From the NCBI GenBank assembly GCA_030683815.1, contig JAUXPJ010000018.1, forward strand, positions 55,410-119,409: 64,000 nt of DNA, read 5' to 3'. The DNA is from Flavobacteriaceae bacterium. GTDB taxonomy: Bacteria > Bacteroidota > Bacteroidia > Flavobacteriales > Flavobacteriaceae. Below the pieces are notes generated by a model, which did not search any database, was not told the origin of the DNA, and saw only the letters and a list, made by a program, of their open reading frames with translations. Both the position numbers and the translations under genes were made by a program. Shown in pieces: positions 62,300 to 64,000 of the stretch. Each line of letters starts with the position of its first letter. The first letter of the stretch is position 1.

Positions 62300-63649
62300 T
62301 TAATTTATTTTTGGAAATGAAATATAAACTTTAGTGCCAAAAGGGCCTTCATGGGTAATGTCGGTTCTTTCTATGGTAACATTTTTTTCATTAAAAACTC
62401 TATTAATCCTAAATTGAGCTGATTCTGTTGCTGTTCCTACGCTTTTGTATAAGTTTAATTTATCTCGTTCTATAGATTTATTAATCCCGATTCCATTATC
62501 AACAATATTAAAACTTAACCTGTTATTCGCTTCGCTGACTTTTAACCAAATTTTCTTATCTCCTTCGTTTTTAGATATCCCATGCCAAATAGAATTCTCA
62601 ACATAAGGTTGTAAAATTAATGGTGGCACTTTGGTTGTTGTAGAATTGATATTATCTGCAATCTCTTCAATAAATTCAAAACCATTGCTGGTTCTAATTT
62701 TTTCTAATGATATATATATTTTTAAATTAGTCAATTCTTCATCTAATGTTATTGTTGTTTGATTAGAATTATTCAGAACATTTCTTACAAATCGGGCAAA
62801 TTTTGTGATAAAATCTGACGCTTCTTCTACGTTATTTTTTAAAATAAAATTATTGATGGAGTTGAGTGTATTGAATAAAAAATGAGGATTTAGCTGACTT
62901 TTAAGCGTCATCATTTTTAATTCTGAAGATTCAATTTTATTTTTAGAAATCGCTAAATCAATTCTTATTTTTTCTTCAATCAGCTCTCTATATCTGTAGC
63001 TAATTAAAATAGCAAATACGATAAATTTAATAAAAGCGCCGGTATATAAAAAAAACATCCGATGAAAACCTAGATTATTAAAATAATCATCTAAACCAAA
63101 AACAAATATAAAAAGTGTAAAGAATAACAAAAATAAAAAAGCTAATGAGCCAAATACATATAATTTAACGTGGTATTTATCAATTTTACAAAGTTTTATT
63201 AAAGTTATTAATGATATAAAATTTGTACTAAAAATAATAACCAAAAACAAACGTATTTGAGTGTCTTTACTAAAAAATATAGTGATGAAAATTAATAAAA
63301 TTGATAAAACCCATAAAGTTGGAATTGTTTTTAACAACACTTTGTCCCACTTAGGAATATGCTCTTCCGTTTGAACAATTTCACGCGTAAACATGAAATA
63401 AAATGAAACTGCAATTAACTGAAAAGTTCTATCTGTATAATAATAAAAAGCTTGATTGTCAAAAATGTGAACATGACTAAAGAAAAATATGCAAAGAAAA
63501 AGTGAATACAATGAATAGTATAAATAAACTTTATTTTTGTTTAGAACGTAAATAATGATATGATAGAAAAAGAAGAAGAACAGGGCTCCACGTATCATCG
63601 AATAAAATTCCGAAGACAGATCCGTGAGATTATAAATTTCAGGACTCAT
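62300..63649 (-). CDS. LytS/YehU-type 7TM sensor histidine kinase, paralogue 3
   Basis: Same architecture; QLNPHFLFNTLNSINNFI; IVDNGIGI...GTKVYISFP. Confidence 0.85.
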   Translation of the reverse strand: MSPEIYNLTDLSSEFYSMIRGALFFFFFYHIIIYVLNKNKVYLYYSLYSLFLCIFFFSHVHIFDNQAFYYYTDRTFQLIAVSFYFMFTREIVQTEEHIPKWDKVLLKTIPTLWVLSILLIFITIFFSKDTQIRLFLVIIFSTNFISLITLIKLCKIDKYHVKLYVFGSLAFLFLLFFTLFIFVFGLDDYFNNLGFHRMFFLYTGAFIKFIVFAILISYRYRELIEEKIRIDLAISKNKIESSELKMMTLKSQLNPHFLFNTLNSINNFILKNNVEEASDFITKFARFVRNVLNNSNQTTITLDEELTNLKIYISLEKIRTSNGFEFIEEIADNINSTTTKVPPLILQPYVENSIWHGISKNEGDKKIWLKVSEANNRLSFNIVDNGIGINKSIERDKLNLYKSVGTATESAQFRINRVFNEKNVTIERTDITHEGPFGTKVYISFPKIN

Positions 63650-63700
63650 AATACAATAATAAATTTTGGGGTGGGTAATTTTGTACGGTGGTTTATCTCA

Positions 63701-64000
63701 TCATAAAGTATAATCCATTAAATGTTGTTTTAATAAATCTATTTTTGATACTAAATATCCTTGCTCTCCTTTTGCCTTTGCTTTTTCAAGAACCTCTAAT
63801 AAATCATCTTTATCAACCGGTTTTAGGATATAAAATATATCGGTCAATCTAGAAACTCGCATGGCCATTTCGTCATAAGCAGTAGTAAAAATGAGGTTAA
63901 ATTTCAGGTAATTTAAATGGGTGAGAAATTCAAAGCCATTCATTTCCGGCATATGAATATCCAAAAAAAGGATATCGGGTTGAAAAGATTCAACTACTGA
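63701..64000 (-). CDS. Receiver-only response regulator (LytTR domain absent); 5' end outside window
   Basis: DIHMPEMNGFEFL...YILKPVDKDDL is homologous to the receiver of 59624-60382, but the frame stops about 35 residues after the receiver, 51 nt before the kinase start. Confidence 0.75.
   Translation of the reverse strand, partial: SVVESFQPDILFLDIHMPEMNGFEFLTHLNYLKFNLIFTTAYDEMAMRVSRLTDIFYILKPVDKDDLLEVLEKAKAKGEQGYLVSKIDLLKQHLMDYTL

Noticed and set aside
1-64000. Prophage, integrative element or transposon content
   Set aside because: I recognised no integrase, transposase, recombinase, phage structural or conjugation gene in any frame. The accessory segments (vsr-like island, ompA duplication) lack identifiable mobility genes.

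Overview
This is a 64-kb stretch of a low-GC Bacteroidota chromosome. Gene content and protein signatures point to a Flavobacteriaceae member: a T9SS C-terminal sorting-domain protein, SPOR/OmpH/OmpA-TSP3 envelope proteins, lipobox lipoproteins and a TonB-dependent receptor. About 60 tightly packed genes are present, mostly housekeeping (dut, recA, rpiB, rnr, tatA, gltX, ybeY, mnmG, mfd, dprA, purD, rnpA, recO), plus transporters, two-component systems and envelope proteins. Two near-canonical 16-bp parS palindromes bracket mnmG, so the window is probably origin-proximal. I recognised no rRNA, tRNA, CRISPR array, transposase or integrase. Four regions stand out. (1) 44.6-50.4 kb holds a co-directional cluster that joins a Tat-exported 4x[4Fe-4S] protein and an NrfD/PsrC-type membrane quinol module, with no molybdopterin or known catalytic partner, to a hexahaem lipoprotein with a collagen-like Gly-X-Y stalk, a second haem lipoprotein, an outer-membrane beta-barrel, an anchored Ig-like protein and two tandem monohaem cytochromes. 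This is my best candidate for an undescribed trans-envelope redox system. (2) 15.3-17.1 kb holds a very AT-rich three-gene operon (cysteine-poor Vsr-like endonuclease, DUF3883-type PD-(D/E)XK nuclease, small very acidic protein) with no methyltransferase, next to the truncated remnant of a UvrD/AddA-type helicase gene. (3) 21.4-25.3 kb holds a direct duplication of the eamA-3'/spacer/dprA-3' junction bracketing an ompA-family gene, in the pattern expected from a Campbell-type single crossover. (4) 58.3-64 kb holds three tandem paralogous LytS/7TM-type histidine kinases served by one LytTR regulator and one receiver-only regulator. There is also a 512-bp AT-rich coding-free spacer with an inverted 9-mer family, and a family of mosaic intergenic repeats. 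All functional calls come from reading the translated ORFs against remembered family motifs; no database search was possible. Hand-derived coordinates of short motifs may be off by a base or two.
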